32,072 nt of DNA from Octopus bimaculoides. Its lineage: Eukaryota. Positions within the stretch are counted from its first letter, which is position 1, and every line of letters begins with the position of its first letter. The notes beneath the pieces were generated by a model. That model was not told the origin of the DNA, ran no database searches, and saw nothing but the letters and a program-made list of their open reading frames with translations. Location: NCBI RefSeq assembly GCF_001194135.2, contig NC_069000.1, forward strand, positions 30,855,888-30,887,959, in the 5' to 3' direction. A program made the translations under genes and the position numbers. Of the stretch, positions 23,100-32,072 are shown one piece after another.

Positions 23100-23425
23100 G
23101 TAAAGCCTTTTCTGTTTGTTTTCCTGTCTTGTTTTTTTGTCCGCCACGACATTCCTCCATGGCTAGATTTAATTTGCGTATACAAATTTAATCTGCGATC
23201 CATGGGACGAGCCGTTTTAACGATGCGTCCTGCCCGAAGCTCGTCGAAACGCCGGTGTTAAAACGTGGGTAGCTGATGAAGTAGAATGTTCTCTATGTGG
23301 CTCGTGTGTTTTCTCGTCTACGTTTGTTTGCAATGTCCTGTACCCAGATATGCACCTATACATACAGGTGGATGTCGGTATGCACATACCTGTACGTATA
23401 TATGCATATACTCATTTACTATTTG
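23100..23425 (+). mobile_element. Possible third Penelope-like terminal fragment with structured-RNA potential
   Basis: Contains GAAAC (23246) and CTGATGAA (23273) plus a hairpin and pseudoknot-capable pairings. Resembles recalled octopus PLE ends (unverified). Confidence 0.4.
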
Positions 23426-23701
23426 NNNNNNNNNNNNNNNNNNNNNNNNNNNNNNNNNNNNNNNNNNNNNNNNNNNNNNNNNNNNNNNNNNNNNNNNNNN
23501 NNNNNNNNNNNNNNNNNNNNNNNNNNNNNNNNNNNNNNNNNNNNNNNNNNNNNNNNNNNNNNNNNNNNNNNNNNNNNNNNNNNNNNNNNNNNNNNNNNNN
23601 NNNNNNNNNNNNNNNNNNNNNNNNNNNNNNNNNNNNNNNNNNNNNNNNNNNNNNNNNNNNNNNNNNNNNNNNNNNNNNNNNNNNNNNNNNNNNNNNNNNN
23701 N

Positions 23702-23771
<70 letters not shown>

Positions 23772-23780
23772 TGAGAGAGA
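23702..23780. repeat. (TA)n(GA)n microsatellite
   Basis: Seen directly. Confidence 0.95.
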
Positions 23781-24430
23781 CTAACAGGCAGAACCAGAAA
23801 AAGAGAGGAAGAAAGCGAGCGAAAAATATACAGGGATAGTAGAGCAGAACAGGAAAGTTTTTCATGACATAATTGACGTAACTTAATATTCCAAACGCAT
23901 ACACTGTCGTTTTGTTTCGCACTTCCTTCTGTACACTGTGACCCATCCAACTATGGAGCCCAAAGAATTGTAACTCGGTTTATAAAAATGAGCACTTCTA
24001 ATGGTTTTTGTAATAGACAGAATTACACAGGGATTTCTAAATGCTTATCTCTCGCGTATCTTTCTGATTATTTCAAGTTTCACAGAACCCGGTTTCGAAC
24101 TAAAACCTACTTAGTAGACCCCTTTAATCGATGTGCGTCTAAGCATAATGACATCCGATTAAGGGGATATATTCTTTTCACAAAAAATGCTTATGCAATA
24201 TAATCCTTTATGTTTTTATACTGAGTATTTTTTCTGACATGCATGTAGCTTGATCTTATACACACACACACATACACNNNNNNNNNNTATATATATATAT
24301 ATACATATATATATACATATGTATATACGTATATAAATTAGTGTATACATATGACATATTAATCCACATATATATGCATACATATACATATATGTTTAGA
24401 GATATATGTATACATATACACACCTACATG

Positions 24431-24449
24431 TAGATAGATAGATAGATAT

Positions 24450-24531
<82 letters not shown>
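24431..24531. repeat. (GATA)n microsatellite
   Basis: Seen directly. Confidence 0.97.
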
Positions 24532-24532
<1 letters not shown>

Positions 24533-25491
24533 TGTATATGTACATACATATGAGTTCATAGACATACATATGTGCTCATCTGTATATATTAGTAGCAAGA
24601 AAGAGGAAATTTATGGAAATATAACGAGGGAACAAACAACCGGTCAAAAATACACAAAAGGATTTTTAAAGTTGTCACATACTCCCATCCCTGATGTGTT
24701 TTTGGATAAATAATATGTTTGTAACTACTTCGGTTAGTATGCTTCGTAAGTGAATTTCTGACGCCATGTACTGTAGCTAAATCTCTGTATTTGTCAAAAT
24801 CATTGAATATATTAAAGGATGATGTTTTAACTCCCTAGACCACCAAAATGCTTGTAACTCATTGGACATCTAAAACTAGGCATTGGTGTTACAATGAGTG
24901 AACGTATAAAATTTTGGTGGAAATGTAGAGAGAGTTACAAGTGAAAGCAGGCAAAAATGTGAAATTTTGGATGAATTGCACTGCAGAATGTGAGAGGTAG
25001 AACCACAAGCAAGTTAAAATAACAGAATAACAAGAACCTCAACAACAACAACAACAACAACAAGACGATGATTTTGACTTCCATGATTAGCTTTCGGACA
25101 ATATGAAGACAAAGGACAATGGGGGTTTGTATAAACATATGTAAACAATGAAAACCAAACTATAAATACATTTCTGTTCTAACGTGTGCTTCTTTTTCGG
25201 ATATATGATCCAATAATGATCNNNNNNNNNNNNNNNNNNNNNNNNNNNNNNNNNNNNNNNNNNNNNNNNNNNNNNNNNNNNNNNNNNNNNNNNNNNNNNN
25301 NNNNNNNNNNNNNNNNTATATATATATATATATATATATGTACTAGCTATGTTTGGATATGACAAAAATATATATATATATATAATTATATATTTATATA
25401 AATAAGGATAATGTCGTTATTTAAAATACCAATCATATCAAGTGGCTAGCATGGGAATAAAAACCTCATAGGTAATAAATATTATTAAAAT

Positions 25492-25751
25492 TATAATTAA
25501 GAGTATCTAAAAGATATCATCATGCTAGGGATAGCTGTCAAAACTTGACTCTAACACCTCATCAAATATTCATACACCACCAGGAGAGACGACAAAGAGA
25601 CGACATAAACTAGCAAAAGATTATCCAATAATTAGTTTATTTTGTCTTTGTCTTCTTTCCTGGTGGTGTATGTATATTTGATGTGGTTTCAGAGTCAAGA
25701 TTTGACTGTTATCTCTAGCATGATTGTATTTCTTAGATACCCTTAATTATA
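25492..25751. mobile_element. Long imperfect palindrome / foldback MITE-like element
   Basis: The left arm TATAATTAAGAGTATCTAA...CATACACCACCAGGAGAG...ATAAACTAG is colinear with the reverse complement of the right arm (TATAATTAAGGGTATCTAAG...CATACACCACCAGGAAAG...ATAAACTAA). Arms are about 120 bp, the spacer is about 20 bp, and the termini are TA-rich. Confidence 0.85.
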
Positions 25752-25899
25752 CTTTTATATAATTATATATTTACACATTTTTTAATGAAATACATTGTTG
25801 GAATTCGTGCATCAGTTAGGAGACATATTTTCTATGCGTTTTTTAACGGAACGATCGGATCAATTAGCCATGAACTGTAAAGATTGAAATAAAAAGTTT

Positions 25900-26510
25900 A
25901 ATCTCTTCACGATTGTTGGTACATTTTCTGGTATATAACTCTACCTCCCTTTTTTGTTGACATTTCAGTGTAAGAAAGTCAAAACTTTGTCGTACCTGCA
26001 GATATATTTTCCCTTGTCTAAGACAGGGCAACCTGAAACAATTTTGTTAATAGTTTCTTCCTGAATTTCAATTATTCAGAAGTTATTTAGTGTTCTACTT
26101 TAATAAGTTGTATTGTTCGTTTTGAGTAAAAAGTTTCAGATGTTCTGCCGTGTCCAAGCATCTTTCAGTAACTGGTGTGGACCCCGCGTTTCTTAACCAG
26201 CGCTGAAATATTTCATTATTATCTATTGCCATCCTATTCAGTGTTGACTACTGCTTTCACATGGCATTCTGTTACTCATTTTTTAACTTAGCTTTTAGCT
26301 TCTTTTGTAATTTCTATAATGGTCTCTCTTTTCTTTCCACAGCATTCAATCATCTCTTCCGCTTTTTTTAATTTATTTGTTTCCATGATGATAGAAAACT
26401 GTTCAATGTTGCATTCATATTGAGTAGCCATTTGCATTAGGTTTCCATTATTCTTTAGAGCATATTTCTGTATTCCTACACTGAATATTTGACAATAAAT
26501 TTTCTAGTAT
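25900..26510 (-). pseudogene. Second, heavily decayed R4/Dong-like non-LTR retrotransposon relic
   Basis: Minus-strand pieces GIQKY..., IFQRWLRNAG...VTERCL, and QEETINKIVSGCPVLDKGKYICRYDKVLTFLH* parallel HQWLQGTG...TEGFV and HVVSGCPVLAQK*YLIRHDRLGQYTHW of the 10580-11697 copy. Confidence 0.7.
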
Positions 26511-28559
26511 AAGGCTCCAGATATCTGTATTTATGGTAAACATGATATCTATGACAGATTTTGGATTGGGAAATCTAAATGGAGTCCAAATTGAGATTAA
26601 TGTCTCTACCCCCACATTATCCAATTCATTCTTCTGTACATATACCTATAAAGATTAAATTGAAGTATATCTTGCTGATAGCTCTAGCAATTTTGCTAGT
26701 CATATTATCTAATATATATATNNNNNNNNNNNNNNNNNNNNNNNNNNNNNNNNNNNNNNNNNNNNNNNNNNNNNNNNNNNNNNNNNNNNNNNNNNNNNNN
26801 NNNNNNNNNNNNNNNNNNNNNNNNNNNNNNNNNNNNNNNNNNNNNNNNNNNNNNNNNNNNNNNNNNNNNNNNNNNNNNNNNNNNNNNNNNNNNNNNNNNN
26901 NNNNNNNNNNNNNNNNNNNNNNNNNNNNNNNNNNNNNNNNNNNNNNNNNNNNNNNNNNNNNNNNNNNNNNNNNNNNNNNNNNNNNNNNNNNNNNNNNNNN
27001 NNNNNNNNNNNNNNNNNNNNNNNNNNNNNNNNNNNNNNNNNNNNNNNNNNNNNNNNNNNNNNNNNNNNNNNNNNNNNNNNNNNNNNNNNNNNNNNNNNNN
27101 NNNNNNNNNNNNNNNNNNNNNNNNNNNNNNNNNNNNNNNNNNNNNNNNNNNNNNNNNNNNNNNNNNNNNNNNNNNNNNNNNNNNNNNNNNNNNNNNNNNN
27201 NNNNNNNNNNNNNNNNNNNNNNNNNNNNNNNNNNNNNNNNNNNNNNNNNNNNNNNNNNNNNNNNNNNNNNNNTGTGTGTGTGTGTGTACATATATTATTT
27301 ACATATATATACATATATATTCGTATACATATAATAATATATACATAGTTATTAATATTTCTAAGTCTCTCTAAAGGAGACTACGGCAGCGGTACTGGAA
27401 ATTAATAGTTATCGCCAAGCCAACATGGCAGTCCCAAAATTAGGACGAAAGCTGCCGTGAGTTAGCTCCAAGAAGCGAAAACACACACAAAGCGGATGAA
27501 CACGAAGAACAGTCAATGCTAGAAACAGCAGCGCCGTAAGCAGGTAGAGATGTAGATACTTTAAAATTTGGTCATCAATTGTTGACTGAACTGGCGATAA
27601 GCAATCGGATTCAAGCTCACGCACGTGATTCGAAGCGTTTGAAACTGCAGTATTGAGTTATCCTTCATTCCTCTAACAGTTTCCATAGATTAAGACAGAA
27701 TTTTCCTATATTCACCGCCCGCAAACATCTCTGCCTGTAAATAGTCAGTCAAGCTCTACATAGCATCGATAACTTACCGGCTGCTACTTCTAGCAGTGAG
27801 CGTACTTAGTGTACATGCGCTTTGTATGTTTATAATTCTACCTTTTATGGTGTCTTATTCTTGCTGGATAATATTATTTTTAATAATATTTATGTTTCAT
27901 GTATATATATATATAAATGTGTGTGTGTGTACATTAGAACATATCTATGCATAGATATATGTTCTGCGTGAGTTTGACGCATAAAGCCTATAGGCGTTTA
28001 ATGGAACTGCTATAAATTTACACCTACCATCTTAGAAACCGAAGGACACATTAAATGATACAGTTTTTTATGTATAAATCAGAAAACACAATTGATCGTG
28101 GCTGAAACCGTTTTTAGCAAGTTCCTGTACAATGAAGGCCAAGCTACCAGAAAACAACAACCAGATCCGGAAGACTCGCCATATTATTGATATATAATAC
28201 ATAGTGTACAATGTCATGTAACAGTAATAAATCTCGAATCAAGAATCAGAGACGCTTAGTTGCTGTTGTGAGAAGAGCCTTGAGGGAATCATGTACATTC
28301 AGAAGCTGATTGGCACCGAGTATCAGGTGTGACCTAATGACATCTATAGGAAGAATAGTCTCAACAATATCCTTTCAGAGATGTATTGACAAAATAACAC
28401 ACTTCGGAGATGTCCGGATAAAGTCATGTTATAGATGACAGTAATGATACTGCGCGTCACAATTTTGCGAACAGATTCATCCATAAAATATATGGTGTAT
28501 TACTGCGCATTAGATCCACAAACATTCGACAAATACATATACATGTGAGTGCCTATATG

Positions 28560-28570
28560 TGTGTGTGTAT

Positions 28571-28646
<76 letters not shown>
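28560..28646. repeat. (GT)n microsatellite running into a gap
   Basis: Seen directly. Confidence 0.97.
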
Positions 28647-29539
28647 NNNNNNNNNNNNNNNNNNNNNNNNNNNNNNNNNNNNNNNNNNNNNNNNNNNNNN
28701 NNNNNNNNNNNNNNNNNNNNNNNNNNNNNNNNNNNNNNNNNNNNNNNNNNNNNNNNNNNNNNNNNNNNNNNNNNNNNNNNNNNNNNNNNNNNNNNNNNNN
28801 NNNNNNNNNNNNNNNNNNNNNNNNNNNNNNNNNNNNNNNNNNNNNNNNNNNNNNNNNNNNNNNNNNNNNNNNNNNNNNNNNNNNNNNNNNNNNNNNNNNN
28901 NNNNNNNNNNNNNNNNNNNNNNNNNNNNNNNNNNNNNNNNNNNNNNNNNNNNNNNNNNNNNNNNNNNNNNNNNNNNNNNNNNNNNNNNNNNNNNNNNNNN
29001 NNNNNNNNNNNNNNNNNNNNNNNNNNNNNNNNNNNNNNNNNNNNNNNNNNNNNNNNNNNNNNNNNNNNNNNNNNNNNNNNNNNNNNNNNNNNNNNNNNNN
29101 NNNNNNNNNNNNNNNNNNNNNNNNNNNNNNNNNNNNNNNNNNNNNNNNNNNNNNNNNNNNNNNNNNNNNNNNNNNNNNNNNNNNNNNNNNNNNNNNNNNN
29201 NNNNNNNNNNNNNNNNNNNNNNNNNNNNNNNNNNNNNNNNNNNNNNNNNNNNNNNNNNNNNNNNNNNNNNNNNNNNNNNNNNNNNNNNNNNNNNNNNNNN
29301 NNNNNNNNNNNNNNNNNNNNNNNNNNNNNNNNNNNNNNNNNNNNNNNNNNNNNNNNNNNNNNNNNNNNNNNNNNNNNNNNNNNNNNNNNNNNNNNNNNNN
29401 NNNNNNNNNNNNNNNNNNNNNNNNNNNNNNNNNNNNNNNNNNNNNNNNNNNNNNNNNNNNNNNNNNNNNNNNNNNNNNNNNNNNNNNNNNNNNNNNNNNN
29501 NNNTATATATATATATATATATATATTCATATATAAATA

Positions 29540-30427
29540 CACCAGGTCTGATCAACAAGTATCCGAACTGTTGGCATAGTAACGAAGCTAAAGCACACAG
29601 ATTGAAGCTGCTTGGCAAAGATTGACCATGAGCTCTCCTGTGCATGTGCACTAAGTGTTAACGTTCTAGCTCACTCTCGATGTTTACTGCATTGCTTGGA
29701 AAGAAGGTGTGTAACATGTGGTCGTCGCATTGACCAAGACAGAGAAAGTTGTGGTGGCGAAACCTGCTTAAGTCCTACACAATCTTGCAGAAAGTGTATG
29801 GAGAGGAGTATATGGATGTATGAGTGGTTCAGATGTTTCCAGGATGGGCAAAAACATGTCGATATTGACGAACATTCTGAGAGTCCAGCAACCAGCAGAA
29901 CTGAGAAAAACATCGCAGATGTGCATGCAGTTGTGAGGGGAAATCGTCGGATCATCATCCGTAAGTTATCAGAGGATGCGCAGATTAGTTATGGTTCAGT
30001 TCAGGCTATTATCACCGAAGATTAGATTATAAGCCCTGTGTCTGCCAGGTTTGTGCCAAAACTGCTTTCAGCCGACCAAATAAACCCTCGGGTTTCAGTT
30101 GCACAAGATCTCCTTGTTTGTGTCGGGAATGATGAAAAATTTTGAAAACTTTGTATAGGCTTCTGAGCAGGTATCGCCAAGCTTTTGTCAAAATTTGATA
30201 CAGATTCTCTGCTCAAGTTTATCTGTCGTGCTGAATGCGACGACCACATGCTATATATACGTCTTCCTTCCAAACACTGGTGTAAACAGCGGAAATGAGC
30301 TAGAACGTTAAAACTTTGCGCGCTTGCAGAGCGCAGTTCAAGGTCAATCTGTGATAAGCGGCTTCACTCTGCGGGCTTAATCCTCGTTACTATGGCAACA
30401 ATATGGATACTTATTGATCAAACCATG
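29540..30427 (+). mobile_element. Non-autonomous mariner (Tc1/mariner) derivative made of two inverted 5' ends, flanked by TA
   Basis: TIR cores GGTCTGATCAACAAGTATCC (29545-29564) and the reverse complement of GGATACTTATTGATCAAACC (30405-30424) match 18/20. TA occurs at 29538-39 and 30428-29. Plus-strand transposase N-terminus: YEWFRCFQDGQKHVDIDEHSESPATSRT...RRIIIRKLSE...SARFVPKLL (equivalent of the WVPHEL motif). The minus strand carries TDKLEQRICIKF*QKLGDTCSEAY. The catalytic DD34D domain is absent. Confidence 0.9.
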
Positions 30428-30429
30428 TA

Positions 30430-30432
<3 letters not shown>

Positions 30433-30516
<84 letters not shown>
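30433..30516. repeat. (TA)n microsatellite
   Basis: Seen directly. Confidence 0.97.
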
Positions 30517-30585
30517 TTGGAAATGGGTGCTTGGCGTTCAATTAAATTACGAATAGTAAATAATATATAGTAGACACACACACAT

Positions 30586-30650
<65 letters not shown>

Positions 30651-30680
30651 CAGATAGATAAATAGATAGATAGATAGATA
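30586..30680. repeat. (GATA)n microsatellite
   Basis: Seen directly. Confidence 0.95.
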
Positions 30681-30944
30681 CACAAACACACGTACATACA
30701 TGTATATATGTAATTATAAAATCCAAGAATCAGAGTCTAGGAAGTTTGTAAGATTTGAGCATCCCGTCGTAGATTTAAAAAGACATCGCTCAGGATCCCT
30801 ACCACAAAAACAATTTATTGGCGTCGAAGTTCGAACGCTTTTCCTCTATCGAAGTTAGATAAGTTGAAAAACAACCTTTTATAGCTCACAGTTAGTAACT
30901 TGAGTTTCCACGGATGCGAAAGTGTATACACTACACAAACACAA

Positions 30945-30981
<37 letters not shown>

Positions 30982-31187
30982 AAACACATACTCACTCATC
31001 CACACACTGGAAGCAGATCACTGACGCAGAGACGTAGATATCTTTGGAAATTCTAAGCATAAAGCATATCTATATTTTTAAAACATATACATGATATCAC
31101 GATAAGAATAATTTTCTTATCAGCGGTATAACATGTGAACACTATACATCAGAGTCTGCATGCCATATCATCTCAGTATATACATAT

Positions 31188-31452
31188 AGGCGCAGCTGAA
31201 ACTGTGTGATAAGGAGTTTCTTTCCCAACCATATGTTTCCAGGTTCAGTCCCACTGTGTGGCACATTCGGCAGGTCTCTTCGGGTTGCCCAAAGTTTTGT
31301 GAGTGGATTTAGTTGACGGAAACTGAAAGAAGCCCGTACCTATATTTATGTGTAACAACGCATGTGCGCGCGCGAGCGCGGTAGTGCATGTCTTTGTGCA
31401 TGCTTTTGTCCTCTACGACCGCCTGTCTACCGGTGGTGTTGTGTTTACGTCC
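31188..31452 (+). mobile_element. SINE family B, 3'-truncated
   Basis: AGGCGCAG...TGTGTGATAAG...B-box GGTTCAGTCCC (31242-31252)...GTGAGTGGATTTAGTTGACGGAAACTGAAAGAAGCCCGT; colinear with 13136-13505. Confidence 0.85.
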
Positions 31453-31464
31453 CACAATTTTTTT

Positions 31465-31640
31465 TTCTTTGTTTAATTTCTCTTCGCGAAGAAGAGGCGT
31501 GAAAACCTCTTGGTAGCTATCAGATAGCGTTGCGTAGTTTTCGTTCATGGTGTCTTCCATTGTGAAAGAAATTTCCGTGTCGAACCCGAAGGTTGGCTCT
31601 TCCATCTTCTTTGACCGGTGAAAATTCATCCTCAAAGGGG
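31465..31640 (-). pseudogene. Possible decayed Tc1/mariner (maT/DD37D-like) transposase fragment
   Basis: RSKKMEEPTFGFDTEISFTMEDTMNENYATLSDS loosely resembles the first catalytic-D region (F.DEK.FT.E...N.QN.RI.S). The similarity was judged by eye only. Confidence 0.3.
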
Positions 31641-31860
31641 GCGACCCTCTAAGTACGATAAAGTTTCAACCGTAAAACAGTGTGGTAAGAAACACAATAA
31701 TTGCACAAAATAATTGCAATTTTCGAAACTAGAGTAAATTAGTTCACAAGCATAAAAAACTTACGTCCGCTCGGCAAAAATTGTCGAACTTTCATACGCC
31801 AGGAGAGTCCATTATATATTTATAGATACATACATGCATACATATATAGATATTTATATA

Positions 31861-31986
31861 CTGAGGGTGATAAATTGAATATTAATTTCAATTTAAAGCC
31901 AGTGGTCTAGCATCTAAAAATCTGATAATTCAGAAAAATTGTATTACATGCGTATAAGAAGCGATGACCACTAGGTGGACATCCAG
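31861..31986. mobile_element. Possible short Tc1/mariner-type MITE
   Basis: TATA|CTGAGGGTG at the left and CATCCAG|TATA at the right. The terminal inverted match is only TATACTG (7 bp). Confidence 0.25.
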
Positions 31987-32072
31987 TATACTAGAAAGAG
32001 GTCATCAACAACCCAACCACAAAGAAAATTCATGTTTGCTGAATTTTTTTCTGGAGAAAATGATTTTTCTTT

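Larger units (their letters stand above)
1203..29503. other. 14 assembly gaps (N-runs): 1203-1212, 2063-2314, 2993-3894, 5948-6297, 7307-7615, 11855-11864, 12663-13008, 19768-20039, 21928-22192, 23426-23701, 24278-24287, 25222-25316, 26722-27272, 28647-29503
   Basis: Seen directly. Most gaps abut a (TA)n, (CA)n, (AAG)n or (CCTG)n tract on at least one side, typical of short-read scaffolding breaking at microsatellites. Confidence 0.98.

Noticed and set aside
28080-28190. Possible terminal exon KTQLIVAETVFSKFLYNEGQATRKQQPDPEDSPYY*
   Set aside because: Short and unrecognised, with a weak acceptor; it cannot be supported without expression data.
112-30701. Dozens of ORFs in the supplied track rich in YI/HT/CV/LS/N/K/X runs
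   Set aside because: They are translations of microsatellites and N-gaps, which lack stop codons; there is no domain content.
31966-31982. CTCF-like motif TGACCACTAGGTGGACA
   Set aside because: A single imperfect motif inside a probable MITE; no evidence of binding.
1-32072. CRISPR array, rRNA or prokaryotic operon-like system
   Set aside because: No repeat-spacer arrays, rRNA segments or dense gene organisation; the window is eukaryotic repeat-rich DNA.

Overview
Repeat-saturated non-coding eukaryotic DNA from a gapped short-read draft assembly (14 N-gaps, about 4.5 kb, most bounded by microsatellites). The SINE repertoire and microsatellite load resemble an octopus/coleoid cephalopod genome; this is inferred from recalled repeat sequences, not a database search. 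No intact protein-coding gene can be supported, and almost all listed ORFs are read-throughs of microsatellites or N-runs. The window contains at least four SINE-like families (about 14 copies), two decayed restriction-like-endonuclease (R4/Dong-like) non-LTR retrotransposon relics, a CR1/L2-like LINE 3' end, a mariner derivative built from two inverted 5' ends, a long hairpin MITE and tandem Helitron-like units. It also holds three probable Penelope-like terminal fragments. Two of these carry minimal, dimer-type hammerhead-ribozyme-like motifs, and the third carries a pseudoknot-capable structure. The RNA motifs and the double-headed mariner are the most interesting signals, but I found no clear evidence of a wholly new biological system.
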